This document shows positions 37,927 to 46,495 of a DNA stretch of 64,000 nucleotides, in pieces (position 1 is the stretch's first letter; each line of letters starts with the position of its first letter). The stretch comes from Candidatus Spongiihabitans sp. (GTDB lineage Bacteria; Pseudomonadota; Gammaproteobacteria; Arenicellales; Poriferihabitantaceae): assembly GCA_965261335.1 (NCBI GenBank), contig OZ253450.1, positions 2,519,492 through 2,583,491 on the forward strand, in the 5' to 3' direction. The position numbers and the translations under genes were made by a program. The notes beneath the pieces are model-generated. The model saw only the letters and a list, made by a program, of their open reading frames with translations, searched no databases and was not told where the DNA came from.

Positions 37927-39224
37927 ATTGTATTAATCTATTTGCCCCCACTGGTCGCGCAGTCAAAATTAGAGCAACTGGTTTATACGGACAAAGGCGG
38001 AGCAGGGACGATTGGTGACAAATTGCTATCCGATTTCGTCGATATTTGTATATCGTTTGCGGATGATTTGGCGGAAGTAGCGCATGTCGAGATGTTGGCG
38101 AAATATAGCGCAACATCGAATCAGGTGGAGGTGGTGCGTGATGGTTTAATTGACCACCTGCATCATTATATCAGCGGATTGCATCATCCGATTAACATAC
38201 CAGACTCGGTCATTTTTCTGGACAGTTTGCTTGGTCGACACGATTTTGTCTCGGGTCTAGAACCGATTATTGACGATCAGCATTTGCGCGTTGTTGCTAT
38301 TGACGGCTATCCGTCAATGACCTTTCCGGGCATTTTAAGAGCATTGGATTCTTTGCCACTGGAATATCGCTGGTCAAATCGTTTCATTTATTTAGATACT
38401 GAAGCGGCCAAACAAGAACTAAATAAGTTTCGGCGGCGTTGGAAACAGAAACAGCGTGGCTTTGCTGATCAGATGTTTAATACGCAAAAGGGCGCAGTTG
38501 ATACGGATGCAGTGAGCATGGTAGCGGAGACAGAAGACGCACTTGCATCGGCATCCAGTCAGGAGGTCACGTTTGGTTATTTCAGCTCGGTCTTTGTGTT
38601 ACAAGAAACCAATGTTCCCCTGCTGGACGAAAAGGTCAAATTTGTGATGAGTACAATCCGCCGGCATGGTTGCGGTGCGCGATTAGAAACCGCCGAGTTG
38701 AAAAAGCTTTAACGGGTGCGCCTGCGTTGATTTTGATTGATGAAGCGTGGATAATGCTTGGACATGCGATGTTTCGCGACAAAATTGTTGAGTGGCTTAA
38801 AGTGATGCGAAAGAACAATGCGGCGGTGGTTTTAGCCACGCAATCGCTTTCCGATGCGACCCGCTCGGGCATATTGGATGTGATTCTTGAATCGACAGCC
38901 ACGCGCCTATTCTTGCCGAATCCGGCGGCGACCTCTGATGCGGCGCGGTCGGCGTATGAACAGATTGGCTTAAATCGGGCAGAGATTGATTTGATTGCGT
39001 CTGCGACACCAAAACGGCAGTATTATGTTTCTTCGGCTGATGGCAACCGTCTATTCGACTTAAAATTGGATGACATCGCACTGGCTTTTCTTGGACAAAG
39101 CGGTGTTGCGGCAAAGCGAGCCGTTAATGAGTGTATGAAAACACATGATGATGGGTGGCAAATGGCATGGTTAGCACAATATGGGTTAGCTGATAGGGCA
39201 AAATCTCTGGGGGGTGTAATTTGA
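37927..39224 (+). pseudogene. trbE: TrbE/VirB4 ATPase remnant (5' end lost at IS5 copy A, internal out-of-frame deletion near 38690)
   Basis: EYRWSNRFIYLD... and ARLET (ariEt) in one frame, then RRVEKALTGAPALILIDEAW (Walker B) in another. No Walker A is present. Total about 445 codons versus about 800 expected. Confidence 0.8.
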
Positions 39225-39967
39225 TAGTCTTTGGTCGATTACTGCTTGTCGCGCTATTGGTTTATACCGCACCTTCGCAGGGTGGTGCCGTTGTTGGTGC
39301 GACGGAGTTCACCCAGATTGCGAATAATATTGAATTGCTTGCATCGGTACAAACGCAGATTGAGACATATCGTCAAATCGTGCAGTCGTTTAATCTTGAT
39401 CGCTTGAACATACAATCGCTGGGCGGTTCTTTTCTGACTAATCCCGCATCCGCATTATTACGCCTGCGCCGTGCAGTGCAACGCGATGGTGAGCTTGGAC
39501 GCGCTACGGTTTACACTCTGGAGAAGAATGAGGAATTGTTTCCGGGCTACGCCCATTATTTGGAGCAAACCGATCCAGAGCAAACGATTGACACCTATAT
39601 GCAGTGGGATACCCGATCTCGGGATAATGTCCGAGCAGCACTTGAAAGTGTTGGCGCAAACAGAGAGCAATTGATTACGGAAGGGCAGTTGATACGCAAT
39701 CTACAACAACAATCACAAAGCGTGTCAGGTCAAAAACAAGCCATACAGGTTGGCAATGATATTGCGCTGGCACAAATAGCACAGAATCAGCGGTTGCAGG
39801 TTTTGCTAGAGCGACAAATCGAACTGCAAGCAAATTATCAGTTGCAGGAGCAGGATATTCGTGAAAAAGATAGAGCAGCTAAAGAAAACTTCTATGATTA
39901 TCCAAAAACTGTAAGTGGTGGCGATCCTTGGGTCAAACGCAAACCCAATCCTTTTCCTAGAAAATAA
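39221..39967 (+). CDS. trbJ: TrbJ/VirB5-like protein
   Basis: Signal peptide, helical Gln-rich protein, position after trbE. TTG start. Confidence 0.6.
   Translation: MIVFGRLLLVALLVYTAPSQGGAVVGATEFTQIANNIELLASVQTQIETYRQIVQSFNLDRLNIQSLGGSFLTNPASALLRLRRAVQRDGELGRATVYTLEKNEELFPGYAHYLEQTDPEQTIDTYMQWDTRSRDNVRAALESVGANREQLITEGQLIRNLQQQSQSVSGQKQAIQVGNDIALAQIAQNQRLQVLLERQIELQANYQLQEQDIREKDRAAKENFYDYPKTVSGGDPWVKRKPNPFPRK
39890..39954. repeat. 65-bp perfect direct repeat, copy 1 (3' end of trbJ)
   Basis: Identical to 40296-40360. Encodes FYDYPKTVSGGDPWVKRKPNPF. Confidence 0.92.
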
Positions 39968-39995
39968 ACGAATCTAACAATTACGAGAAATCAAA

Positions 39996-40406
39996 ATGAA
40001 TCCAGAAAAAGTAATAGAAATATTTAGAAAAATATCAAAAAAAGCTTTGTTTCCCCTCACGCTATTAATTTATTCGCTCACAATAGTTTTCGTATCCTAC
40101 ACCCTTGGCACGAAATCTGTTGGAGAAAGACAGAACATCAATGATTTAAATGTCAACACAAGCGATGTTTTATCAATATCTGACCCGCTCCTTATTGAAA
40201 AACTTGCAAATCAATGCCCGCAACTACCACTAGAATTGTTAGATATGGCACTGATGTTTTTTGATAAGTCAGAGAAAAGCACGAATAAGGAAGCATTCTA
40301 TGATTATCCAAAAACTGTAAGTGGTGGCGATCCTTGGGTCAAACGCAAACCCAATCCTTTCGCAAAAGAAAGAGAGAAGGAAAGAGACGCGGCTTTGTCG
40401 AAATAA
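39996..40406 (+). CDS. Small membrane protein in the TrbK (entry-exclusion) position
   Basis: One N-terminal TM helix. The C-terminal 22 aa are identical to the TrbJ tail. Confidence 0.5.
   Translation: MNPEKVIEIFRKISKKALFPLTLLIYSLTIVFVSYTLGTKSVGERQNINDLNVNTSDVLSISDPLLIEKLANQCPQLPLELLDMALMFFDKSEKSTNKEAFYDYPKTVSGGDPWVKRKPNPFAKEREKERDAALSK
40296..40360. repeat. 65-bp perfect direct repeat, copy 2
   Basis: See 39890-39954. Confidence 0.92.
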
Positions 40407-40410
40407 GAAA

Positions 40411-41376
40411 ATGAATATTCGGTACAACATATTCGCGGGGTTGCTTGTGGTCGCTTGTCTGTCAAGTGCTGATGTGTTTGCGGCATCTGACGCAGTATTA
40501 GGTATTGATTCTCTTGTTGGCGAGTTTGAAAGCAAGGCTAATGACTGGCTTGGCCCAATTCTTCGTATTGCTACAACTGTTTTCTGGTCGCTTGCAATAA
40601 TGGAATTCATTCTCTGCTTTGGCAAGCTCGCTATACAGGGCACAGATTTCGCTGAAGTTACTATTGAGCTGTTTCGGAGAATTCTCATATTGTCTTTTGG
40701 TTGGTGGCTCATAAGCAATCCGTGGGTTTTCTGGCATGTCATTAGTGGTTTCCTCGACTCTGCAGCTTTAGCAATGGGCAAGAGTGCTGACTATAGATTC
40801 AATGCAGAACAGGTGATGATCGAAGGGCGTGTTCTCGTAGAACAAATATTCAATCAAACAAAGGAGCTTGGATGGTTTCAAATCTCCGAATCTCTGATGC
40901 TGGTTTTAACTGCTCTCATTATTTTGTGGGGACTGGGAGTTGCCGCAGGTCAAATGCTAATGGTGATGTGCGAGATGTATATTGTTATTTCTCAGGGATT
41001 GATAATGTTGGGTTTGTACAGTCTCGAAATGACACGCGAATACCCGATGAAATTGTTCGGTTCTCTTATCGGTACGGGCATGAAACTATTCTCTCTCCAG
41101 CTGATTATAGGATTGGGTTTTTCATTAATTTTAAGCTGGGTTGAGCTTGGAGCAACCGATGTCGGCAGTTATATGGTTATGGCTGGTGCTGCGATTGCAT
41201 TCAAAGAAATCGCCGTGAAAGTACCTGATTATATGTCTAGTTTATTCTCCGGTTCCCCCGGATCGGGCATTTCAGCCGGTGGCGCGGTTGCTGCTGCTGG
41301 CACGGTCGGTGGCCGCATGGGTGCATTCAATCGTGCTCGTGGGATGGAAGATGCCGCTGATAAATTAGGCAAATAA
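40411..41376 (+). CDS. trbL: TrbL/VirB6 polytopic inner-membrane T4SS protein
   Basis: Signal-like N-terminus (MNIRYNIFAGLLVVACLSSADVFA), multiple TM helices, Gly/Ala-rich C-terminus. Start chosen at ATG 40411. Confidence 0.75.
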   Translation: MNIRYNIFAGLLVVACLSSADVFAASDAVLGIDSLVGEFESKANDWLGPILRIATTVFWSLAIMEFILCFGKLAIQGTDFAEVTIELFRRILILSFGWWLISNPWVFWHVISGFLDSAALAMGKSADYRFNAEQVMIEGRVLVEQIFNQTKELGWFQISESLMLVLTALIILWGLGVAAGQMLMVMCEMYIVISQGLIMLGLYSLEMTREYPMKLFGSLIGTGMKLFSLQLIIGLGFSLILSWVELGATDVGSYMVMAGAAIAFKEIAVKVPDYMSSLFSGSPGSGISAGGAVAAAGTVGGRMGAFNRARGMEDAADKLGK

Positions 41377-41386
41377 TCGGACACCA

Positions 41387-41405
41387 CGCGCCCGTGCGGG
41401 GCGCG
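41387..41405. terminator. GC-rich hairpin between convergent trbL and the small-gene cluster
   Basis: CGCGCCC-gtgcg-GGGCGCG. No clear U-tract. Confidence 0.35.
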
Positions 41406-41494
41406 ACACAAAACACAGCTACTGTTGCTTTGATGCAATCACGAACAGAATGTATGCTACGACCAGTGCAGGGTGTGTGAATAGTTGTATCATT

Positions 41495-41641
41495 TCAATC
41501 GACGTGCGTCGTGTGGTTGGATGGAGGGTATTTATGCTTGTCTGGTCGCTTGTCTTGCTTTCCTTCAAGATACAACCCGACCAGCATGATAATCATCAGC
41601 GGAACAGCAGCGGCTATAGCGGCCCATAATACTGGATTCAT
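41495..41641 (-). CDS. Tiny single-pass membrane protein (48 aa), partner of 41638-41817
   Basis: Own translation: MNPVLWAAIAAAVPLMIIMLVGLYLEGKQDKRPDKHKYPPSNHTTHVD. Its ATG overlaps the upstream stop (AATGA). Confidence 0.45.
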   Translation of the reverse strand: MNPVLWAAIAAAVPLMIIMLVGLYLEGKQDKRPDKHKYPPSNHTTHVD

Positions 41642-41817
41642 TTTTTATCTCCTCTCTGAATACTCGAAGTAAAAATTAAAAGTACACCAATACCAATCAA
41701 ACTCCCAATATGTATTGCCCCAACATGCCCAAAAAAGGCCTGAACCAAACCACCAGCAATTATTACGACACCAACCTGATTAGCAGCAGTCTGGATTTTC
41801 TCGAAATCAATTCTCAT
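41638..41817 (-). CDS. 59-aa two-helix membrane protein
   Basis: Own translation: MRIDFEKIQTAANQVGVVIIAGGLVQAFFGHVGAIHIGSLIGIGVLLIFTSSIQRGDKK. Confidence 0.45.
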   Translation of the reverse strand: MRIDFEKIQTAANQVGVVIIAGGLVQAFFGHVGAIHIGSLIGIGVLLIFTSSIQRGDKK

Positions 41818-41843
41818 TCTTGAATCATACCATAACCAATTAT

Positions 41844-42029
41844 TTAGCGGAGAAAGCTAAACAGTGCGACCATCACCCCTACGCTACCCATTGTTAATCC
41901 GACCATCCACTTGATTAGGTGGGCTTCTATTTTAGCCAACGCTTTATTGAGTTCCAATTTTGTAACCAGATTGGAATTGAGTAGGTCAGCTTGAGATCCG
42001 GCAAGTGCTTCGGCTTGTTGCTCAGGCAT
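41844..42029 (-). CDS. 61-aa coiled-coil + C-terminal TM protein (DUF1640/XhlA-like architecture)
   Basis: LVTKLELNKALAKIEAHLIKWMVGLTMGSVGVMVALFSFL. Confidence 0.45.
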   Translation of the reverse strand: MPEQQAEALAGSQADLLNSNLVTKLELNKALAKIEAHLIKWMVGLTMGSVGVMVALFSFLR

Positions 42030-42083
42030 GCCTGCTACCGTACCTAGTAAGCCAGCAACTGAAACGCAACTGAAACTAAATGG

Positions 42084-42191
42084 TTAATCTGAAGATTCTT
42101 TTGTGTCCTTATCTTGCGTGTGATTATTGAGCAACAAGATAAGAACTAAAACAGCCAATGGTAATACGACCGCATAAAAAGCTGTACTCAT
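42084..42191 (-). CDS. Tiny single-pass membrane protein (35 aa), partner of 42188-42367
   Basis: Own translation: MSTAFYAVVLPLAVLVLILLLNNHTQDKDTKESSD. ATGA overlap with the upstream gene. Confidence 0.45.
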   Translation of the reverse strand: MSTAFYAVVLPLAVLVLILLLNNHTQDKDTKESSD

Positions 42192-42367
42192 TTCGTTTCC
42201 TCCAGTGTGGCAATTAATATAGCAAGAATACCAGCTATAACCATTCCTATTGCCGATAACAAATCACCTTTCTCAATAACTCCATGTGCCGCGCCAGCGG
42301 CAATGGTGACTATCCCGATTCTGCGGATATCTTCTCTTAGATTGTCAGGATTAAACCGGTATTTCAT
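42188..42367 (-). CDS. 59-aa two-helix membrane protein, paralog of 41638-41817
   Basis: Own translation: MKYRFNPDNLREDIRRIGIVTIAAGAAHGVIEKGDLLSAIGMVIAGILAILIATLEETK. Confidence 0.45.
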   Translation of the reverse strand: MKYRFNPDNLREDIRRIGIVTIAAGAAHGVIEKGDLLSAIGMVIAGILAILIATLEETK

Positions 42368-42374
42368 GTTCTTA

Positions 42375-42404
42375 CTGTATCACAAATTCCTGTATCACAA
42401 ATTC
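42375..42404. promoter_or_regulatory. Perfect 15-bp tandem repeat CTGTATCACAAATTC x2 in the 5' region of the small-gene cluster
   Basis: Read directly. Lies 8 nt upstream (on the minus strand) of the ATG at 42367. Confidence 0.6.
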
Positions 42405-42480
42405 ACTTCCTTTGCTTTTCTTCGCAAGCCAGCCATCTGAAAGCCTATAAAATAGATATGTTATATAACAGTGTAGGGAT

Positions 42481-42774
42481 TTATGTCAAATGGCGGGTTA
42501 CATCCATGTTTTGATGCAACACCCCTAATATCTCAATGTGGCTTTCTTTCTCACGAAAAAAAATCACATGCTTGCCCTGTGGGTAGCTTCTATAACCATG
42601 TTTAATATCATCGCGTAGTTTTGCCAGTTTCGGATTTTCTGCCAATCGTTCAAAACATTGGTTAAGGTTGATTAGGTATTTATTGCGCTGTCCTCTGCCC
42701 CATTGCCGTTCTGTATAACGCGCAATGTCACGCATATCGTCCAATGCGTCTGGTGTAAGTTTGAATTCTGACAC
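42481..42774 (-). CDS. parE: ParE-family toxin
   Basis: 97 aa, typical ParE sequence (DIARYTERQWG...HVIFFRE....IEILGVLHQNMD). Coupled to the upstream antitoxin. Confidence 0.85.
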   Translation of the reverse strand: MSEFKLTPDALDDMRDIARYTERQWGRGQRNKYLINLNQCFERLAENPKLAKLRDDIKHGYRSYPQGKHVIFFREKESHIEILGVLHQNMDVTRHLT

Positions 42775-43031
42775 TAGGCAACGCTTTCTTGGTCAATCTC
42801 TTCGATTAGTGTTTCGGCACTGTAATTTACAAACTGATTATTGTCGGCTTGCCGTTCGCTGGCTGATAGTTTAGCTTTCAATGAGTTTAGTTTTACTTCG
42901 TGTTCTTCGAGCAGACATAAAGCGGTCTGTACCACGTCCCTGGCAGATTCGTAATGCCCCTCCTGAATTTGATTACTGATAAAGGCATTAAAACGCTCGT
43001 CTAGTTTGATGTTTGTATTTTTCATAGTCAT
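42774..43031 (-). CDS. parD: ParD-type (CC2985-like) antitoxin
   Basis: NIKLDERFNAFISNQIQEGHYESARDVVQTALCLLEE is the typical type II ParD1/3/4 fold signature. Confidence 0.8.
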   Translation of the reverse strand: MTMKNTNIKLDERFNAFISNQIQEGHYESARDVVQTALCLLEEHEVKLNSLKAKLSASERQADNNQFVNYSAETLIEEIDQESVA

Positions 43032-43201
43032 TTTGAAACCCCGAGCCGTTATAAAATAGATGATGTAATTTTAACATGAACCACCAATTTGTGGCAAAGC
43101 GGGTATTCGGCAAATAAACAGCATTATGAACAACAACTATTATTTGGAAGGCAAAGCGGCGTATAGCACAATTTTGGAAGTTTCTGCGGCGACTATGCAC
43201 A

Positions 43202-43768
43202 ATGATTGCAATCATCGTATCTGGTTTAGGGATAGCGGGTGCGGTGTATGTAGGCAGTCAATCGAAAATACAACCTGTTCTGGTTGTTATGAAAGACGAT
43301 TTTATACCTGTTGGCATCTTTACGCCACAGGGAACAATAGCGGTCAATGACGAGCGAGTAACGAAAGCGACTTTAGCACGTTTAATCACCAGTTTTCGGA
43401 CAGTCAGTAGAGACGGTGATCTACAAAGAAAAAGGGTGAATGAATTAGCTGAATTTGTTAAGAGCGGATCAAGTGCGTATGCAAAAATACAGACTTACAT
43501 GGCGGATGAAAAAACAAATCCGTTCCAGCGAGCGAAAAAAGAAACTGTCGATGTAACGATAGTCAATGTGCTTAAAATCACGACATCGACCTGGCAGGTT
43601 GATTGGATAGAAAGAAGCTGGGCTCGAAATGGACACGTTGATGCGCCATTGAATTATCGGGCTAATTTAACCTTTACACACATGTCATCGGTGCCGGCAC
43701 AGACGATGCTTATTAACCCTACTGGGTTGTTGGTGAGTGATTTGAATTGGGCACGAGTTGCCGGTTAG
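43202..43768 (+). CDS. trbF: TrbF/VirB8-like protein (N-terminus probably frameshifted; see 43126)
   Basis: TM helix followed by an NTF2-like periplasmic domain, position before trbG. The upstream frames carry the missing N-terminal segments (MNNNYYLEGKA in one, KAKRRIAQFWKF in the gene frame without a start codon). Confidence 0.7.
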   Translation: MIAIIVSGLGIAGAVYVGSQSKIQPVLVVMKDDFIPVGIFTPQGTIAVNDERVTKATLARLITSFRTVSRDGDLQRKRVNELAEFVKSGSSAYAKIQTYMADEKTNPFQRAKKETVDVTIVNVLKITTSTWQVDWIERSWARNGHVDAPLNYRANLTFTHMSSVPAQTMLINPTGLLVSDLNWARVAG

Positions 43769-43801
43769 AGACTTTATTGCCACTGCGAGCCAAACTGCGA
43801 A

Positions 43802-44815
43802 GTGAGAAAAGAAACCCGCCTCGGAATCTGTTTAAGCATATTGGCATTTGCTTTGTGGACTCAATCAATCTTTGCTGGCGAAGGTACGCCACCAGTTGCT
43901 GGGGCATTGCCGGAGGAGTCGACGCATACGGCAACAACGAATACGCCGCTGATTGTCCCTGAGATAATACCTGCACTATTACCAAGCGAAATCGTGCCAG
44001 AGATTCCACTGAATTTTAAGGAGACGGAGGCGGTGTCATTGTCGGAGGATTGGAAGGAGAAATACACGCCGCCGACGATGGGTCGCAACGGTCAGGTTAT
44101 TTATCATTTTGGCGAATCAATAGCATCGGTTGTGACGGCACCGGGCAACGTCACGGACATTGAATTGGAGGCGGGAGAATTGATCACGGAAAATGGTATT
44201 TTTGTTGGAGATTCGGTCAATTGGGAGGTATCACCGTTGGCACAAAAGAAAGGCACCGAGATTGTCTCGCATATTATTGTCAAACCTTTTCTTGCCCATC
44301 TTGAAACGACAATGACGGTATTGACGGATCGTCGGACGTATTATTTTTACTTACATTCGACCCTAAAAAGGTTTATGACCAGTATCGCTTTCTCTTATCC
44401 AAAAGTGTTGAAATCTGATTTTGTCGCCTATCAAAACCAAATTGAGCGGTTTCGTTTGGCGGCGACTAAAGCGAGTGAATTCTCGATACCGTCAGCGTCA
44501 GGCACGGGTATTGAGAAGGTATCGAGCGAGACCTTAGATTTCAAGTTTGAGTTGTCCGGCGATACGCCAGCATGGACACCTGTGCGGGTCTATTCTAGTG
44601 CTGGTAAAACATATATTCAAATGCCACGCAGGATGCGGCATACAGAAGCCCCTGTATTTCTGGCTTTGGGCGATGGCGGTAATCGTAAGTTAGTCAATTA
44701 TCGCGTTCAAGGCGACACCTATGTTATTGATTCATTGTTTTCTGCTGGGGTCTTATTTGCTGGGATTGGTGGCAAACAAAGCATGGTGCGGATTGATTAT
44801 GTTGGTGATGAATGA
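43802..44815 (+). CDS. trbG: TrbG/VirB9-like outer-membrane core protein
   Basis: Signal peptide, conserved C-terminal beta domain (PAWTPVRVYSSAGKTYIQMP...APVF), gene order. Confidence 0.8.
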   Translation: MRKETRLGICLSILAFALWTQSIFAGEGTPPVAGALPEESTHTATTNTPLIVPEIIPALLPSEIVPEIPLNFKETEAVSLSEDWKEKYTPPTMGRNGQVIYHFGESIASVVTAPGNVTDIELEAGELITENGIFVGDSVNWEVSPLAQKKGTEIVSHIIVKPFLAHLETTMTVLTDRRTYYFYLHSTLKRFMTSIAFSYPKVLKSDFVAYQNQIERFRLAATKASEFSIPSASGTGIEKVSSETLDFKFELSGDTPAWTPVRVYSSAGKTYIQMPRRMRHTEAPVFLALGDGGNRKLVNYRVQGDTYVIDSLFSAGVLFAGIGGKQSMVRIDYVGDE

Positions 44816-45242
44816 ATCAATAACAAAGCCGTTAATCTGTCTGCTTTCGGTTGGGCTGTTATTGTCGTCTTGTGCACCCAGTTTACGCTTTACGGGTGGT
44901 AATGTAGGCCATTTGAGTACGCAAGCACAATCAAGCATTGCGCTTGATTTGTTCAATTCGAGCGTAGATTTGTTTAAGAACAAAGACAATTTGATTACGA
45001 TTATTACAACAAATATCGGCGAACAGGTGTATGCAAATGCACTACGACAGGCTGGATTTGCGGTGCAAACAGTTGGCAAAAGGAGTGATGTAAAACTTGA
45101 TTTTTACACTATTGAATCGGCTGAATATGTTGGTGTCGTTACGGTCAAGCAACGCAGAGTAATACGCCGCTATGCAGAAGAGAACAATACGATTATTGCG
45201 CTTGGCACATCTGTTGCGTGGCCGGGCGTACAGCGGCAGTAA
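44808..45242 (+). CDS. TrbH/VirB7-position lipoprotein
   Basis: Lipobox LLSSC after the signal peptide. Lies between trbG and trbI as in IncP. Confidence 0.6.
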   Translation: MNESITKPLICLLSVGLLLSSCAPSLRFTGGNVGHLSTQAQSSIALDLFNSSVDLFKNKDNLITIITTNIGEQVYANALRQAGFAVQTVGKRSDVKLDFYTIESAEYVGVVTVKQRRVIRRYAEENNTIIALGTSVAWPGVQRQ

Positions 45243-46495
45243 TCGTGAGCAATCCGCTGAGCATTGAAACGCGCCCGGGTATTGGCAGTTTAGGGCGAGA
45301 GCGGACGGGGAAACACATTGGTAAGTTGCCGATTATTCTCGCGGTTAGTTTTGGCATGTTGTTTTTGGGTGGAATGATTTTTGGTGTTGTTAATCGCATG
45401 ACGGGTAACAACGAGGTCAAGACAGCGGTGTCCGTCGACCCTACATCGCAGCCAACAGAAGAGGTTGTTCCTGTGGTGTTGTTTGAGGTTCCTGATATTG
45501 ATGAGTTTGGAGGCGAGGAAGTCGTGGCAGAAGGAGTCGCGTCTGTTGAGGCATCGAAAGAGAATGAGTTGGTCATCACGCCGCGACCGAGCGAGGTAGC
45601 GATTACTGAGTTTCGTAACCGCATGAGGCTGGAAGAGTTACAGGCACGGTCGGCTGGTCTGCAAAGCACCAGCAAGATTAATTTTCGTCTTGCGGACAAT
45701 TATGGCACTGAAATTCCGCCAATGAGCAATGCTGAAACAATGGCGAGTACGCATGGTGCAACCGTTGTTGATGATCCATTACAACGCCAACGGGCATTAT
45801 TAGAACGCTTAGCGCAGCGGGGTAGTCGCTCGGTCAATAACGACCCGAATAAACAAACGGAAAAGCATCAATTTATCACTCAACAAATATCGGACGCAGG
45901 TTACTTATCACATCGAGTAACGCCGTCATTGTCGGCATATGAACTCAAGACTGGGACAATTATTCCTGGCATTTTATTGACCGAGATTAATTCTGATTTG
46001 CCGGGCACTATTTTGGGTCAAGTGTCATCGAACATTTATGACACCGCGACCGGACGATATTTGTTAATACCGCAGGGCTCCAAGCTCATCGGTGCGTATG
46101 ATTCGAAGATTACATACGGACAAAAACGTGCGTTAGTTACTTGGCGGCGACTGGTGTTTCCAGATGGGCAAAGTTTAAATTTAGACAATATGCTGGGTGT
46201 TGATCAATTGGGCACGAGTGGTTTTAGTGACAAGGTTGACAATCATTTTGGGCGGGTATTCGGGTCGCTTTTTGGTTTATCCATATTTCAAGCGATACCG
46301 TTAAAATTGAAAGGCGGTGGCGAAGCTTCTGAATTAGAAAAAATCACGGCGACAAACATCTCGAAAACAGGCGAAAAGTTGACCGAGAAAAATCTTGGAA
46401 TACAGCCGACGGTTCGGGTACGTCCGGGCTATCGCTTCAATGTTTTAGTCAACAAAGATATTTTGTTTACGAGCCCCTATTTGGTCGCTCAGTAA
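45218..46495 (+). CDS. trbI: TrbI/VirB10-like protein
   Basis: Cytoplasmic N-terminus, one TM, acidic/Pro-poor linker, conserved C-terminal barrel (GTIIPGILLTEINSDLPG...QGSKLIGAYDS...VRVRPGYRFNVLV). An alternative GTG start is at 45245. Confidence 0.85.
   Translation: MAGRTAAVIVSNPLSIETRPGIGSLGRERTGKHIGKLPIILAVSFGMLFLGGMIFGVVNRMTGNNEVKTAVSVDPTSQPTEEVVPVVLFEVPDIDEFGGEEVVAEGVASVEASKENELVITPRPSEVAITEFRNRMRLEELQARSAGLQSTSKINFRLADNYGTEIPPMSNAETMASTHGATVVDDPLQRQRALLERLAQRGSRSVNNDPNKQTEKHQFITQQISDAGYLSHRVTPSLSAYELKTGTIIPGILLTEINSDLPGTILGQVSSNIYDTATGRYLLIPQGSKLIGAYDSKITYGQKRALVTWRRLVFPDGQSLNLDNMLGVDQLGTSGFSDKVDNHFGRVFGSLFGLSIFQAIPLKLKGGGEASELEKITATNISKTGEKLTEKNLGIQPTVRVRPGYRFNVLVNKDILFTSPYLVAQ

Noticed and set aside
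45193-45699. 168-aa antisense ORF within trbH/trbI, and similar long antisense ORFs in mfd, the primase, pilV (55890-56303) and the relaxase
   Set aside because: They lie entirely antisense to well-supported genes, have low-complexity Ser/Thr/Pro/Arg-rich translations and no motifs. They are typical shadow ORFs.
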